DNA of 55,423 nt from an uncultured candidatus Brocadiaceae bacterium (lineage in GTDB: Bacteria > Planctomycetota > Brocadiia > SM23-32). Within the stretch, counting starts at the first letter, position 1. Each line of letters starts with the position of its first letter. This document shows positions 1 to 9,400 of the stretch, piece after piece. The translations under genes were made by a program, and so were the position numbers. The notes beneath the pieces were generated by a model, which did not search any database, had not been told where the DNA came from, and saw nothing but the letters and a program-made list of their open reading frames with translations. The stretch covers positions 1-55,423 of the forward strand of contig CAYVBE010000003.1 in NCBI GenBank assembly GCA_964448935.1. The letters are read 5' to 3'.

Positions 1-956
1 AGTCTGGTGGAGCGACTGAAGATAGCTGCGGACCATGCCCTTCTTCGCCACGGGTGCCTGCCTCCTGCCTGCGATGCCGGAACGGACGGGTAGATTCTAC
101 AACATGCGCGGCATCGGGACAAATGTTCTGTGGTGACCTGGCCGCCGTTCCGACGACCGGAAAACTGCCCCCCGGCGATTCTCTCGGTCTGTGCGGTCTA
201 CGCGGACACAGGGCTTTGGGGGAACGATTATAATGGCTGGCCGGCCGGGGGTCGGCTGGGAGAATGCGGGGCATTCTCCATCGTTGGGTTGCCGGTCGGG
301 AAAGGGGCTGGAGGGCGAAGTGGCCAAAGGACGAAGGAACGGCGAACGGCGACGACCAACGGCGAAACGACCGCAGGCGAGGGCGCCTGCGCCACACCGG
401 CTACGGCGACGGCAGACGCAGCGCGGCGTATGTTTGTCGTTGAACCTGCACGACGTTGTCGTTCTCTGTGGTAAGGCATCGAAGTGGTGTGACCGTGGCG
501 GATACACTTTTGCGAGGCGGCGATGCGTGTTCGACGGGCCTCAGAGGACATACGGGGGGGTCGGAATGGACAGAAAAGCGGGAAAACGGACAGGCTTGGG
601 TCTGCGGGCGGGATTTGTGTCCGGTTTCCGGGACGCATTGTCCGGGTCTGCGAGCGGTTTGTCGGGTTTCGGAGTGGCGGGCAGCAAGACGGCGGAGAAC
701 CCCCGACTGCGAAACGAACCAAAATCGTCATAACGTATTGTGTAAGCATATTCTACAATGCATTCTCTCTGCCGACGACGCGACGCGGCTTTCGAAGTCG
801 GGAGATGCGCAGATTCAGCCACCGTCGCGGCGTAGACCGCCGCCGGTGCGGGTGCGATCTCCGCGCCTCTACGGTGAAGATGGACCTTTACATGCGCGCG
901 CGCTGCTGGTAGCATCGGGCGCCGACGCCTTTTTGCCACCGTAAGGAGAGCTTCAC

Positions 957-2288
957 ATGCCGAGGATAGCGATTATCGGGGCGGGCGGCTACGTGTTCCC
1001 GCTCACCATGATCCGCGACGTCTGCGCGTTTACGGAACTGCGCGACAGCACATTTGCCCTCATGGACATTGACGCCACGCGCCTGGACCGAACCGCCGAG
1101 ACGGCTCGCAAACTGGTGGACGAGTTCAACCTGCCGGCGGCGATCGAGTCCACCACGAATCGCCGCGAGGCACTGCGCGGGGCGGATTTCGTCATACTCA
1201 CCTTCCAGGTCGGCGGCCTGGACGCGTATCGGCTGGACGTCGAGATACCGCGCGGCTACGGCGTGGATCAACCGGTGGGCGACACGCTGGGTCCGGGCGG
1301 CATCTTCCGGGGGCTGCGCACCATCGAGGTGCTGAAGGGCCTGTGCGCGGACGTGCGGGAGTTCTGCCCCCACGCGCTCGTGCTGAACTACGCCAATCCG
1401 ATGGCCATCAACACGTGGGCCGCCTACGAACTGGAGGTGGACGTGGTGGGTCTGTGCCACAGCGTGCAGGGAACCAGCCGGCTGCTGGCACGCGAGCTGG
1501 ACGTGCCGATCGAGGAGTGTACCTATCGCGCGGCCGGCCTGAATCACCAGGCCTGGTTCATCCAGTTCCAGCACAACGGACACGACCTCATTCCGGTCAT
1601 CCGCCGGCAGATGGTGGCGCGCCACGTGAAGGGCGGCGCCGAAGGGGAGGAGAGCGACGAGTTGAGCGGCGGCGGGCCGGAGCGGGTGCGCAGCGAACTG
1701 GCCCGGCTGACGGGCTACTTCCAGACCGAGTCCAGCCACCACGCCTCCGAATACGTTCCGTGGTTCCGCAAGGACGCCGACACGGTGCTGGAGTATCTGC
1801 CGGAGCGGTGGGATTACTTCGAGATATGCGTCAACCACGACGAGGACGGGCACGGGGAGTGGTTCCTGGAGCGCGCCCGGGAGCAGGGGCTGGAAGCGGG
1901 GCACGAGTACGGCGCCTACATCATCCACGCCGCCACGACCGGGCGGCCGCGCGTGATCCACGGCTCGGTGCGCAACGACGGGCTGATCACCAATCTGCCG
2001 GAGGGCTGCGCGGTGGAGGTGCCCTGCCTGGTGGACGGGAACGGGCTGCAACCGACCGTCATCGGCAACCTGCCGCCGGCCTGCGCCGCCGTCAACCGGG
2101 CCTGCGTAAATGTGCAGGACCTGGCCGTCCGCGGAGGGCTGGCCGGCGACCGGGAACTGGTACACGCAGCGGTTGCCATGGACCCGCTGACGGGGGCCCT
2201 TTGCACGCTGCCGGAGATACGGCAGATGGTGGACGAGATGTTCGAGGCCCAGCCGCAGTGGCTCCCGTCGTTCGGCGCAGGCGCATAG
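957..2288 (+). CDS. Glycoside hydrolase family 4 (NAD+/metal-dependent alpha-glucosidase/alpha-galactosidase type)
   Basis: 443-aa ORF. N-terminal Rossmann motif IAIIGAGGYVFP. GH4-typical NYANPM and GLCHSVQG (Cys-His) motifs. AAGGAG Shine-Dalgarno 8 nt upstream of ATG 957. Confidence 0.85.
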   Translation: MPRIAIIGAGGYVFPLTMIRDVCAFTELRDSTFALMDIDATRLDRTAETARKLVDEFNLPAAIESTTNRREALRGADFVILTFQVGGLDAYRLDVEIPRGYGVDQPVGDTLGPGGIFRGLRTIEVLKGLCADVREFCPHALVLNYANPMAINTWAAYELEVDVVGLCHSVQGTSRLLARELDVPIEECTYRAAGLNHQAWFIQFQHNGHDLIPVIRRQMVARHVKGGAEGEESDELSGGGPERVRSELARLTGYFQTESSHHASEYVPWFRKDADTVLEYLPERWDYFEICVNHDEDGHGEWFLERAREQGLEAGHEYGAYIIHAATTGRPRVIHGSVRNDGLITNLPEGCAVEVPCLVDGNGLQPTVIGNLPPACAAVNRACVNVQDLAVRGGLAGDRELVHAAVAMDPLTGALCTLPEIRQMVDEMFEAQPQWLPSFGAGA

Positions 2289-2366
2289 CCCGGCGACCGG
2301 GCCTCGCCAGCATTGCAGGACCGCAGCCGCTGTGTTACCATCAGCTCAGGCATCCGAAGGGGGGTT

Positions 2367-3230
2367 ATGCTGATGCGGAGATACACGGCGACGGGGTGCA
2401 TTGTGGGGATTGTGCTTTTTGCGCTCATTCTGGGGGCGGTATTTCTGCTTTTCACGTCCGTGATACCGGCGGAGGAGGCCCGGCCGCCGGCGGAGACCGC
2501 TCCCCGGGAACACGAACCGGAAACATCCGCCCCGCCCGAGGAGCAAGAGCCTGAGGTGGAGGGTGCCTGGCCACCGCCCCGGTTTGAGGAACGCGCCGAG
2601 GAACGCACCCGCATGGTGCGTCGCCAGATTGAGGACCGGGGCGTCCGCGACGAAGACGTCCTGGAGGCCATGCACAACGCCCCGCGTCACCTTTTCGTGC
2701 CCGAAGGCCGCCGCGCGAACGCCTATGCCGACCATCCCCTGCCCATCGGCTACGGACAGACCATCTCCCAGCCCTATATCGTGGCCTACATGACCGAGAA
2801 GCTGGAGTTGGAGGAGGGGGACAGGGTCCTGGAGGTGGGCACCGGCAGCGGCTACCAGGCGGCGGTGCTGGCGGAGATCACCCCGCACGTTTACACCATC
2901 GAGATCATCGGCGAGCTGGCCCGGCAGGCCCGCCGGCAACTGCACCGGCTGGGCTACGAGACGGTGCGGGTAAAGCACGCGGACGGCTACTTCGGGTGGG
3001 AGGAACACGGGCCGTTCGACGGCATCATCGTGACCGCGGCCGCGGGACATCCGCCCCCGCCGCTCGTTAACCAGCTCAAGCCCGGCGGCAGGATGATCAT
3101 CCCGGTCGGCGGTCCGTACACGACGCAGCAACTGGTGCTGCTGACCAAAGACGCGCAGGGCGAGGCCAGTACCAGGTCGCTCATGCCGGTGCGCTTCGTG
3201 CCGTTCACCCGTGACGTGCGGGCCGAATAA
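2367..3230 (+). CDS. pcm: Protein-L-isoaspartate O-methyltransferase with N-terminal membrane anchor and E/P-rich linker
   Basis: Core matches Pcm (GYGQTISQPYIVAYM, LEVGTGSGYQAAVLA, DGIIVTAAA, MIIPVG). The ORF-track start at 2313 is a TTG; ATG 2367 is preceded by GAAGGGGGG and is the likelier start. The first ~85 aa contain one hydrophobic helix (CIVGIVLFALILGAVFLLF) followed by an acidic/proline-rich stretch. Confidence 0.85.
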   Translation: MLMRRYTATGCIVGIVLFALILGAVFLLFTSVIPAEEARPPAETAPREHEPETSAPPEEQEPEVEGAWPPPRFEERAEERTRMVRRQIEDRGVRDEDVLEAMHNAPRHLFVPEGRRANAYADHPLPIGYGQTISQPYIVAYMTEKLELEEGDRVLEVGTGSGYQAAVLAEITPHVYTIEIIGELARQARRQLHRLGYETVRVKHADGYFGWEEHGPFDGIIVTAAAGHPPPPLVNQLKPGGRMIIPVGGPYTTQQLVLLTKDAQGEASTRSLMPVRFVPFTRDVRAE

Positions 3231-3292
3231 TGCCGGTCCGACATTATTCGGCCCGGGCGAAGATTCCCGCCCGTGTCGGGTGGGAATCTTCG
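3220..3292 (+). terminator. Tandem stem-loops immediately after the pcm stop codon
   Basis: Hairpin 1 is a perfect 13-bp stem, GGGCCGAATAATG (3220-3232) paired with CATTATTCGGCCC (3242-3254), with a 9-nt loop. Hairpin 2 is CGAAGATTCCCGCCCG (3258-3273) paired with CGGGTGGGAATCTTCG (3277-3292), a 16-bp stem with one G-U and a 3-nt loop. There is no strong U-tract, so intrinsic termination is not certain. Confidence 0.5.
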
Positions 3293-3330
3293 TCGGTTAC
3301 TGGCCCTCTTAACCCTTAAGGAACGCTCAA

Positions 3331-5793
3331 TTGCCTGAAGAGGGAACAGTCCGTGGTAGCGTGGCGCCGGCCTGTGCGGCGGTGTTCCTGGTCTCGGCCG
3401 GCATCATTGCGCTGGAGCTGGCGCTAATGCGCTGCCTGTCGGTGGCGCGGTGGCACCACTTCTCCTACCTGGTGGTCAGCACGGCGCTTCTGGGCTTCGG
3501 CGCCAGCGGCACGCTGCTGACCTTCGTCGGCGACCGGTTGCGGCGGCATTTCTGGGAGTGGGCGTGCGGCCTTACGGTGCTTTTTGCGGTCTCCGTCACG
3601 CTTGCGTTGCGGGCAGCGGAGGCGTTGCCGCTGGATGTCCAGTACGTGCTCTACAGCGCGCGGCAGGCGGGGCTGATGCTGGCCCACGACCTGCTGCTCT
3701 TTGTTCCCTTCTTCATCGGCGCCACGGTGGTCGGGCTGACCCTGATGGAGTTCGGAAAGCGGGTGCATCTGGTCTACGGGGCCAACCTGGCCGGCAGCGG
3801 GGCCGGGGGAGCCGCCGTGACGGGTCTGATGTTCCTGATGGCGCCGCAGAACCTGCTCTATCCGGTGGCGGCGCTCGGCTTCGCCGCAGCAGCATGCTGG
3901 GCGCTCGGCGCAAGACGCCGGCGCGGGCTGCTGATCGGTGGAATCGCGGCGGGCGCGGTCCTGCTGGGCCTGCTGGGGGCTATCAGCCCGCTGCGCCTGC
4001 ACATGGACCAGTACAAGTTCCTGGCGACGATGCGCCGGTGGCAGGCCGAGGGACGAGCGGAGCACCTGCTGACCCGCTACGGTCCCCGCGCGCGGCTGGA
4101 TGTGTTCGACTCCCCGGCCCTGCACCGGATCATGTTCGCCGGGCTGACCGCCACGGAGGCCCCGCCTCCGCAGCTTGCCGTGCTGGCGGACGGCCACCAC
4201 GCGGCGACCGTGCTGAAGATAGACTCGCCCGGGCCGGCCGAGATACTCGATCACACCCCGATGTCCCTGCCCTACCGGCTGCTGGACCGGCCGCGGGTGC
4301 TGCTGCTGGGCGAGGCCGGAGGCATCAACATATGGCTCGCCAGGCGGATGGGCGCGCGGGAGATCACGGTGGTGCAGTCCAACCCCCGGCTGGTGGAGCT
4401 GATGAAGGGTCCGCTGGAGAACCGGGGCGGCGGAGTCTTCACCGGACCCGACGTCACCGTCCATGTTACCGGGCCGCGCGCCTTTGTGGAAAAAGCGGAC
4501 CGGCGCTTCGACATCATCCAGATCGTCACCACAGAGGGCCAGGCGGCGGGGGCGAGTTCCCTGCGCTCGCTGCACGAGGACTTTCTGCTGACCGTGCAGG
4601 GCTTCCGGCGGTGCCTCGGCTTGCTGAGCGATCGGGGGATACTGTCGGTCACTCGCGGCGTGCAGGCGCCGCCGCGGGACAGCGTCAAGCTGTTCGCCAC
4701 GCTCCGCGCCGCCCTGCCCGACGAGGCCGAGGCCGGGCAACGGCTGGTCCAGGCGCGCAACCTGCTGGCTGCCACGAACCTGGCGTTCGCCTCCCCGCTG
4801 GACGAGCCGCGCTGCACGACCCTGAAGTCAGCCGCGGAAGACCTCCGCCTGGACATCGAATGGGCGCCTTGCGGGAGCATTGACTACGCCGACCAGACCA
4901 ACCGGGTGGAAGGCCCGGAGGGGAAACCCTACTCCTACTTCCACCATGCCGCGCGCCGGGTGCTGTCGGAGGACCGGGAGCGGTTCTTCGAGAACTGGGT
5001 CTACAACGTGCGCCCCGCGACGGACGACCGCCCGTATTTCTTCAACTTCTTCAAGTGGGAGTCCCTGCCGCGATTCTGGCGGACCTACGGGCGGCTGTGG
5101 CTCACGCGGCTGGAGCTGGGCTACGTGGTGCTGGTCATCGCACTGGTCCAGGTGGTCGCAGCCGGGGCGGCGCTTATCCTGCTGCCGCTGCTCAAGCTGC
5201 GCAAAGCGCGTCGGGCGGGCGGCAAGCTGCCCGTGCTGGCCTACTTCGCCTGCCTGGGGCTGGGCTTCATGATGATCGAGATGACCTGCCTGCTGAAGTT
5301 CACACACTTCCTGGGGGACCCCATCTACTCGGCGGCGGGCATGCTCACTTCCTTCCTGGTTTTCAGCGGACTGGGGAGCGTGTTGAGCGGGTACCTGTTC
5401 AGGTCGCGTCGGCGGGCCATCGCGGTGGCCGCCGGGGGGATCGCTGCACTGGCGGTTGCCTATGCCGCGGGCCTGGACACCCTGTTCGAGACGTGCGCCG
5501 GACTGCCGCTGGGTGCACGGATTGGCGTTTCGGTCCTGGTGATCGCCCCGGCAGCGTTCTTGATGGGCTTCCCTTTCCCCGGCGGGCTCAGCCTGCTGGA
5601 GCGGGACCGGCCGCCCCTGGTACCGTGGGCGTGGGGCGCGAACGGCTTCGCCTCGGTGGCCGCCTCGTCGCTGGCGGTGATGATCGCCATCGCGGCGGGC
5701 TTCCGCACGGTGCTGTGCCTGGCGGCAGGCCTGTACCTGGCCGCCGGCGCGGTCTCTCGGACACTGCCGGGGGAGACGGAAGAGCCCGAATGA
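3331..5793 (+). CDS. Polytopic membrane protein with a central spermidine-synthase-like (SpeE-fold) domain
   Basis: 820-aa ORF with a TTG start in the ORF track and AAGGA upstream. Multiple hydrophobic helices at both ends. The central soluble part contains VLLLGEAGGINIWLARRMGAREITVVQSNPRLVE and FDIIQIV, resembling SpeE-type AdoMet-fold motifs. The function is not established. Confidence 0.55.
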   Translation: MPEEGTVRGSVAPACAAVFLVSAGIIALELALMRCLSVARWHHFSYLVVSTALLGFGASGTLLTFVGDRLRRHFWEWACGLTVLFAVSVTLALRAAEALPLDVQYVLYSARQAGLMLAHDLLLFVPFFIGATVVGLTLMEFGKRVHLVYGANLAGSGAGGAAVTGLMFLMAPQNLLYPVAALGFAAAACWALGARRRRGLLIGGIAAGAVLLGLLGAISPLRLHMDQYKFLATMRRWQAEGRAEHLLTRYGPRARLDVFDSPALHRIMFAGLTATEAPPPQLAVLADGHHAATVLKIDSPGPAEILDHTPMSLPYRLLDRPRVLLLGEAGGINIWLARRMGAREITVVQSNPRLVELMKGPLENRGGGVFTGPDVTVHVTGPRAFVEKADRRFDIIQIVTTEGQAAGASSLRSLHEDFLLTVQGFRRCLGLLSDRGILSVTRGVQAPPRDSVKLFATLRAALPDEAEAGQRLVQARNLLAATNLAFASPLDEPRCTTLKSAAEDLRLDIEWAPCGSIDYADQTNRVEGPEGKPYSYFHHAARRVLSEDRERFFENWVYNVRPATDDRPYFFNFFKWESLPRFWRTYGRLWLTRLELGYVVLVIALVQVVAAGAALILLPLLKLRKARRAGGKLPVLAYFACLGLGFMMIEMTCLLKFTHFLGDPIYSAAGMLTSFLVFSGLGSVLSGYLFRSRRRAIAVAAGGIAALAVAYAAGLDTLFETCAGLPLGARIGVSVLVIAPAAFLMGFPFPGGLSLLERDRPPLVPWAWGANGFASVAASSLAVMIAIAAGFRTVLCLAAGLYLAAGAVSRTLPGETEEPE

Positions 5794-5838
5794 ATCGCTT
5801 TTTCACCCCTTCAGAGAGGCGGGCGAAACGTCTGAATT

Positions 5839-5867
5839 TTGCACTTGTTTTCGCTCTCAGATATGGT
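5839..5867 (+). promoter_or_regulatory. Possible sigma70-type promoter for the csp transcript
   Basis: TTGCAC (5839-5844), 17-nt spacer, TATGGT (5862-5867), in a locally AT-richer patch. It would give a ~335-nt leader. Found by pattern match only. Confidence 0.25.
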
Positions 5868-6206
5868 AATATTAGCATGAAAGATGCGCTCCGAGACGCT
5901 CGGTTAGCAGCGCGGTTCAGGCCGCGTGGAGTGATCTGGGGGTCGTTTCGCAACTAGTACCCATCCGCCGGAGGTCCCACGAGAGATTGTCCGCGCAGGT
6001 GGTACAGCATCTGTGGGCAATGCTGCCGTTCCCGAGGTACCCTCACCCGGGACAGGCGCGTGCCTCTCGGTGCTTTCATAGTTCCGGACGACGTTCCTTC
6101 CAGGTCGCCGGCCAGAAGCGTATATGGTTGCGCGACTTTCAAGCGATTGAGGCGGGCAAAGGTGCGCCGCCTCGCAAGAAAGCACTGTTAGTAAAGAGGT
6201 TTCGCA

Positions 6207-6410
6207 ATGCCTAAGGGTACCGTAAAGTGGTTCAGTGATCAGAAGGGCTACGGCTTCATCGAACCGGATGAAGGCGCCGAGGACATTTTCGTGCACCACA
6301 GCGCGATTCAGGGAATGGGTTTCAAGACCCTCGCTGAAAACGAGCGGGTTGAATACGACGTGGAAGACAGCCCCAAAGGGCCCAGAGCGACCAACGTGGT
6401 GAAGCTCTGA
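6207..6410 (+). CDS. csp: Cold-shock protein, CspA family
   Basis: 67 aa. RNP1-like KGYGFI and RNP2-like VFVHH motifs (MPKGTVKWFSDQKGYGFIEPDEGAEDIFVHHSAI). AAAGAGG Shine-Dalgarno upstream. Confidence 0.95.
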   Translation: MPKGTVKWFSDQKGYGFIEPDEGAEDIFVHHSAIQGMGFKTLAENERVEYDVEDSPKGPRATNVVKL

Positions 6411-6438
6411 CGAGCTGAACCCCAGACGTACACACGAG

Positions 6439-6477
6439 GCGCCGCCGTGCGGAGGGACACGGCGGTGCTTCTTCATT
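6439..6477. terminator. Stem-loop between the convergent csp (+) and tagF (-) genes
   Basis: GCGCCGCCGTG (6439-6449) pairs with CACGGCGGTGC (6458-6468), 11 bp including one G-U, with an 8-nt loop. It is followed by the T-rich TTCTTCATT on the + strand. It sits between the csp stop (6410) and the tagF stop (6494). Confidence 0.5.
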
Positions 6478-6493
6478 GCCTGCCACAGCCGAT

Positions 6494-9400
6494 TCAGCCG
6501 CCGGACCCGGTCAGCCAGGGCAGCCGGCGGCTCGCCTGCTGGACGTTCCACAGCAGTGTTCCGCCGGACGGCGTGATCGCCAGGCGGACCCCCACATCGG
6601 CGAACATAGACTTCTCCGATTCCAGCGGCTCCGGACCGCCCCCGATCTCCGGCGAGGACAGCGCGCTGGGGCCGCCGGCGTAGAACCGGCCGGTCTCGTC
6701 GCAGAGGAATTCCGCCACGTTGCCGATCACGTGCAGGAATGGCCCGGGACTGCCCTCGCGCACGCTTTGGAACCACAGCAGACCGTCGTCCGCGTCCTGG
6801 GTCTCCGGCGCTCCGGCGTCGTCGTAACCACCCACGTCAAAAGAACCGTCCAGCGGCAGGCGCCGCGAGAGCATGTGCTCCCCTACCATCCGGTTGACGT
6901 ATTCCCACTGCCGCAGCCACGTCCGGTCGCGCAGGTTCCATGCGGGCTCAGCGCCGGGAGCGGCTTCACACGCCGCCCGCGCCGCCTTCCACTCGTCCGG
7001 ACGGGGCAGGCGACAGCGGAGAATCTGTTCCGCAAACAGACGGGCACCGACCCCGGAAAGGTAGCTCATGGGTGAATCCGCGTTGGGCAGCGGTCCACCG
7101 CCCTCCCCGGGCCGCACGCCCTCGGCATACCGCGAAATATCGCTCCAGACGGGGTCCTCGCAGACCCATCGGTCGGCGATCACGATGCGCTCGCGGTCCG
7201 AGACCCAGCACCGCGGTCCCTGGCGCATCAGCCCCCTGCGCGCGTCCAGGTGGGGGCGCATCTCGTCCCACAGGCCGGCGGCCTCCACCGCATCCATGAA
7301 CAGGCCGACGGGGACCTCCGTGACGCACAGATACGCGGGCGATGCACCGGAGCCCGTCGGCTCGACGCGCTCAAAGACCAGCTCGTGTCCCTTCCCCGCC
7401 CACCGGTAGGCGAACCGGCGCGGAAATCCGTCCGCCTCCACGTGCCATTTCGCCCATTCAACCGCGGCGGGGCCCGGCGGCACCTGCTCCGGCTGCTGCT
7501 CGGAATCCAGCAGTTCTTCCAGCCCGGCCAGCGCTTCGGACACGGCCGGGACGTCGCTCACGCCGTCCGGCAATGCGCGGACCGCCGCCGCGAAGTCCTC
7601 CACCCGCCGTCGCACCTGCCCCTCCGAGGGCGCGCCGCTCAGCGAGTCCTCCAGCTCCATCCGCAGCACGTTGTAACGCACACGGGGCGGCAGCGCCTCA
7701 TCCCCCTCCTCCGTGAACTCATCGCACATCCGCACCGCTTCGGCCACGCTGTTCTGCTCGGCAAGACCCTGCACGCAGTCCAGCCATCGCCGCTTCTGCT
7801 CTGCCCGGTATTCCTCATGCAGAACCCCACGCCGCTGCTCCGACGGGATGCCCTCAATGGCCGCGCGCACCGCCGCCCTGAGGTCCAGCTCGGCGCGCAA
7901 CGGCGCCGTGCCCGCCGGCTGCTCGATGCGCCCCAGCCTGCGCCAGGCCGTCAGCACCAGTTCCGGGCGGTCCGACGTCTCGACCAGGCTGAGCAGCTCG
8001 GCCCGGGATGCCCGGCTGTCCGCGGCGACCAGGGCGTCCAAGCGCTCCATCGCCGGCGCCATGGCCCCGGCCACCCGGGAGCGGGCCATGACGTCGTGCC
8101 GCTTCCAGCGATCGAGTATCCGCGCGATCGTCTCCTGCTCATCGGCCGGCGCCTCGTCGGGCCGGTACGCCAGATCCACCATCTGCTCCAGGCGCTCGAA
8201 GTCCGCCACAAGCCGCGCCAGGTCCTGCTGTAGCTTCTCAAAAGCAGCCGCCTCGCGGCGGGCGGCATCGGTCCCGGCAGGCGTGCCCCCTTCCCATTCG
8301 GTCTGCTCCAGCGCGCGTCGGATCGCCTCCTCCCGCTCGTCGGGCAGCGCCTCGCGCAACGCGTCCTTCCAACCCCGTCCGGCCGGCAGTTCGACGACCG
8401 CGGGGAAGAGCTTTTCGATGTCTTTCAGCGACTTCTCGAGGTCCTCGATCCGAGTGCGCCGGTCAACGTAGAGGGACCTGTCGGCCTGCAGCCCCGCCGC
8501 CGTCACGTCTCCCAGAAACCGGTCCCGCCGACGCTCCCATTCGGCGTTGATCGCACCCGAGTCGGAGATGCGCCACCGGCCGCGCATGGCGTCCAGCCAC
8601 TCGCGCGGCGGCATGCAGGAGGGAACATCTTCCCGCAGGCCAAGGACCGCGGCGGCGGCCTCCTCTTTTTCCGCCCGGACCTGCGCCCGATTCATGGCCA
8701 CGGGGGCCACGGAAGGGTAGGCAGCGACCTTCTCTTTCAGAGCGTCGAGCCTGCCCCTCAGCGCCGGACGCCGGGCCTCCGGCTGACAGCCGATATCCTT
8801 CTCCACCATGGTCAGGGTCTGGCGCCACTCCTCGGCGTCCCGCTCGAAATCTCCGGTCAGACGGAAGTAGTCCGGGGCATCGGCCAGCCATGCTTCCAGG
8901 TCCTCGGCCCCTACCGGCTCCCCGAACAGTTCCTCCTCGCGGGGCTGAAAAGAAGGCCAGGCCACCCTTTGACCGTTGTTTCCCAGGAAGTCCTTCAGCT
9001 TCCGGCCGACCTCCTCCACACTCGCCAGCCGGTCCGCGAGGGCCCGCAGGCCCTGCCCCTTGAATTCCATCCGGCCGGTCGCATACCCGGAGAACGCGTC
9101 CACCACCATCGAGTCCGACCCGGCCGCCGCAATGCCCCGCTGCAGTTCCTCGACACGCCTCCAGCGCCCGGCCACCTGCAGCACGAACTCGACGTCCGCC
9201 GCCAGCTTCCGGAGCCTGCTCGCCAGCGCCTCGACGTCCCCGGCCCCGCCGGGCTGCAGAGAATCCCTCAGATACGCGTAGAACGAACCGGAGTCACCCT
9301 TACCGTCCATCCCGGCCAGGCCGGTCTCCAGCGTCTGCGCGGCGGAATCCACGGCCGAAAGGTGCCCGCGCGCGTTCTCCAGCCGCGTGACCAGGGCCTC

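Noticed and set aside
1-37. Possible 5' end of a - strand gene leaving the window (ATG at 35-37, MVRSYLQSLHQT...).
   Set aside because: Only 12 codons are visible, with no motif or RBS evidence. It cannot be supported.
94-758. Repeated 9-mer ATTCTACAA (94-102 and 750-758), each followed by ATGC within 1-2 nt, as a regulator site.
   Set aside because: There are only two short copies 650 nt apart. This is compatible with chance, and no palindromic or promoter context supports a function.
97-944. ORF-track entries in the left-edge region (for example 191-733 +, 228-749 -, 541-939 -).
   Set aside because: They overlap in mutually exclusive frames, have low-complexity Arg/Pro-rich translations, and lack start context or recognisable domains.
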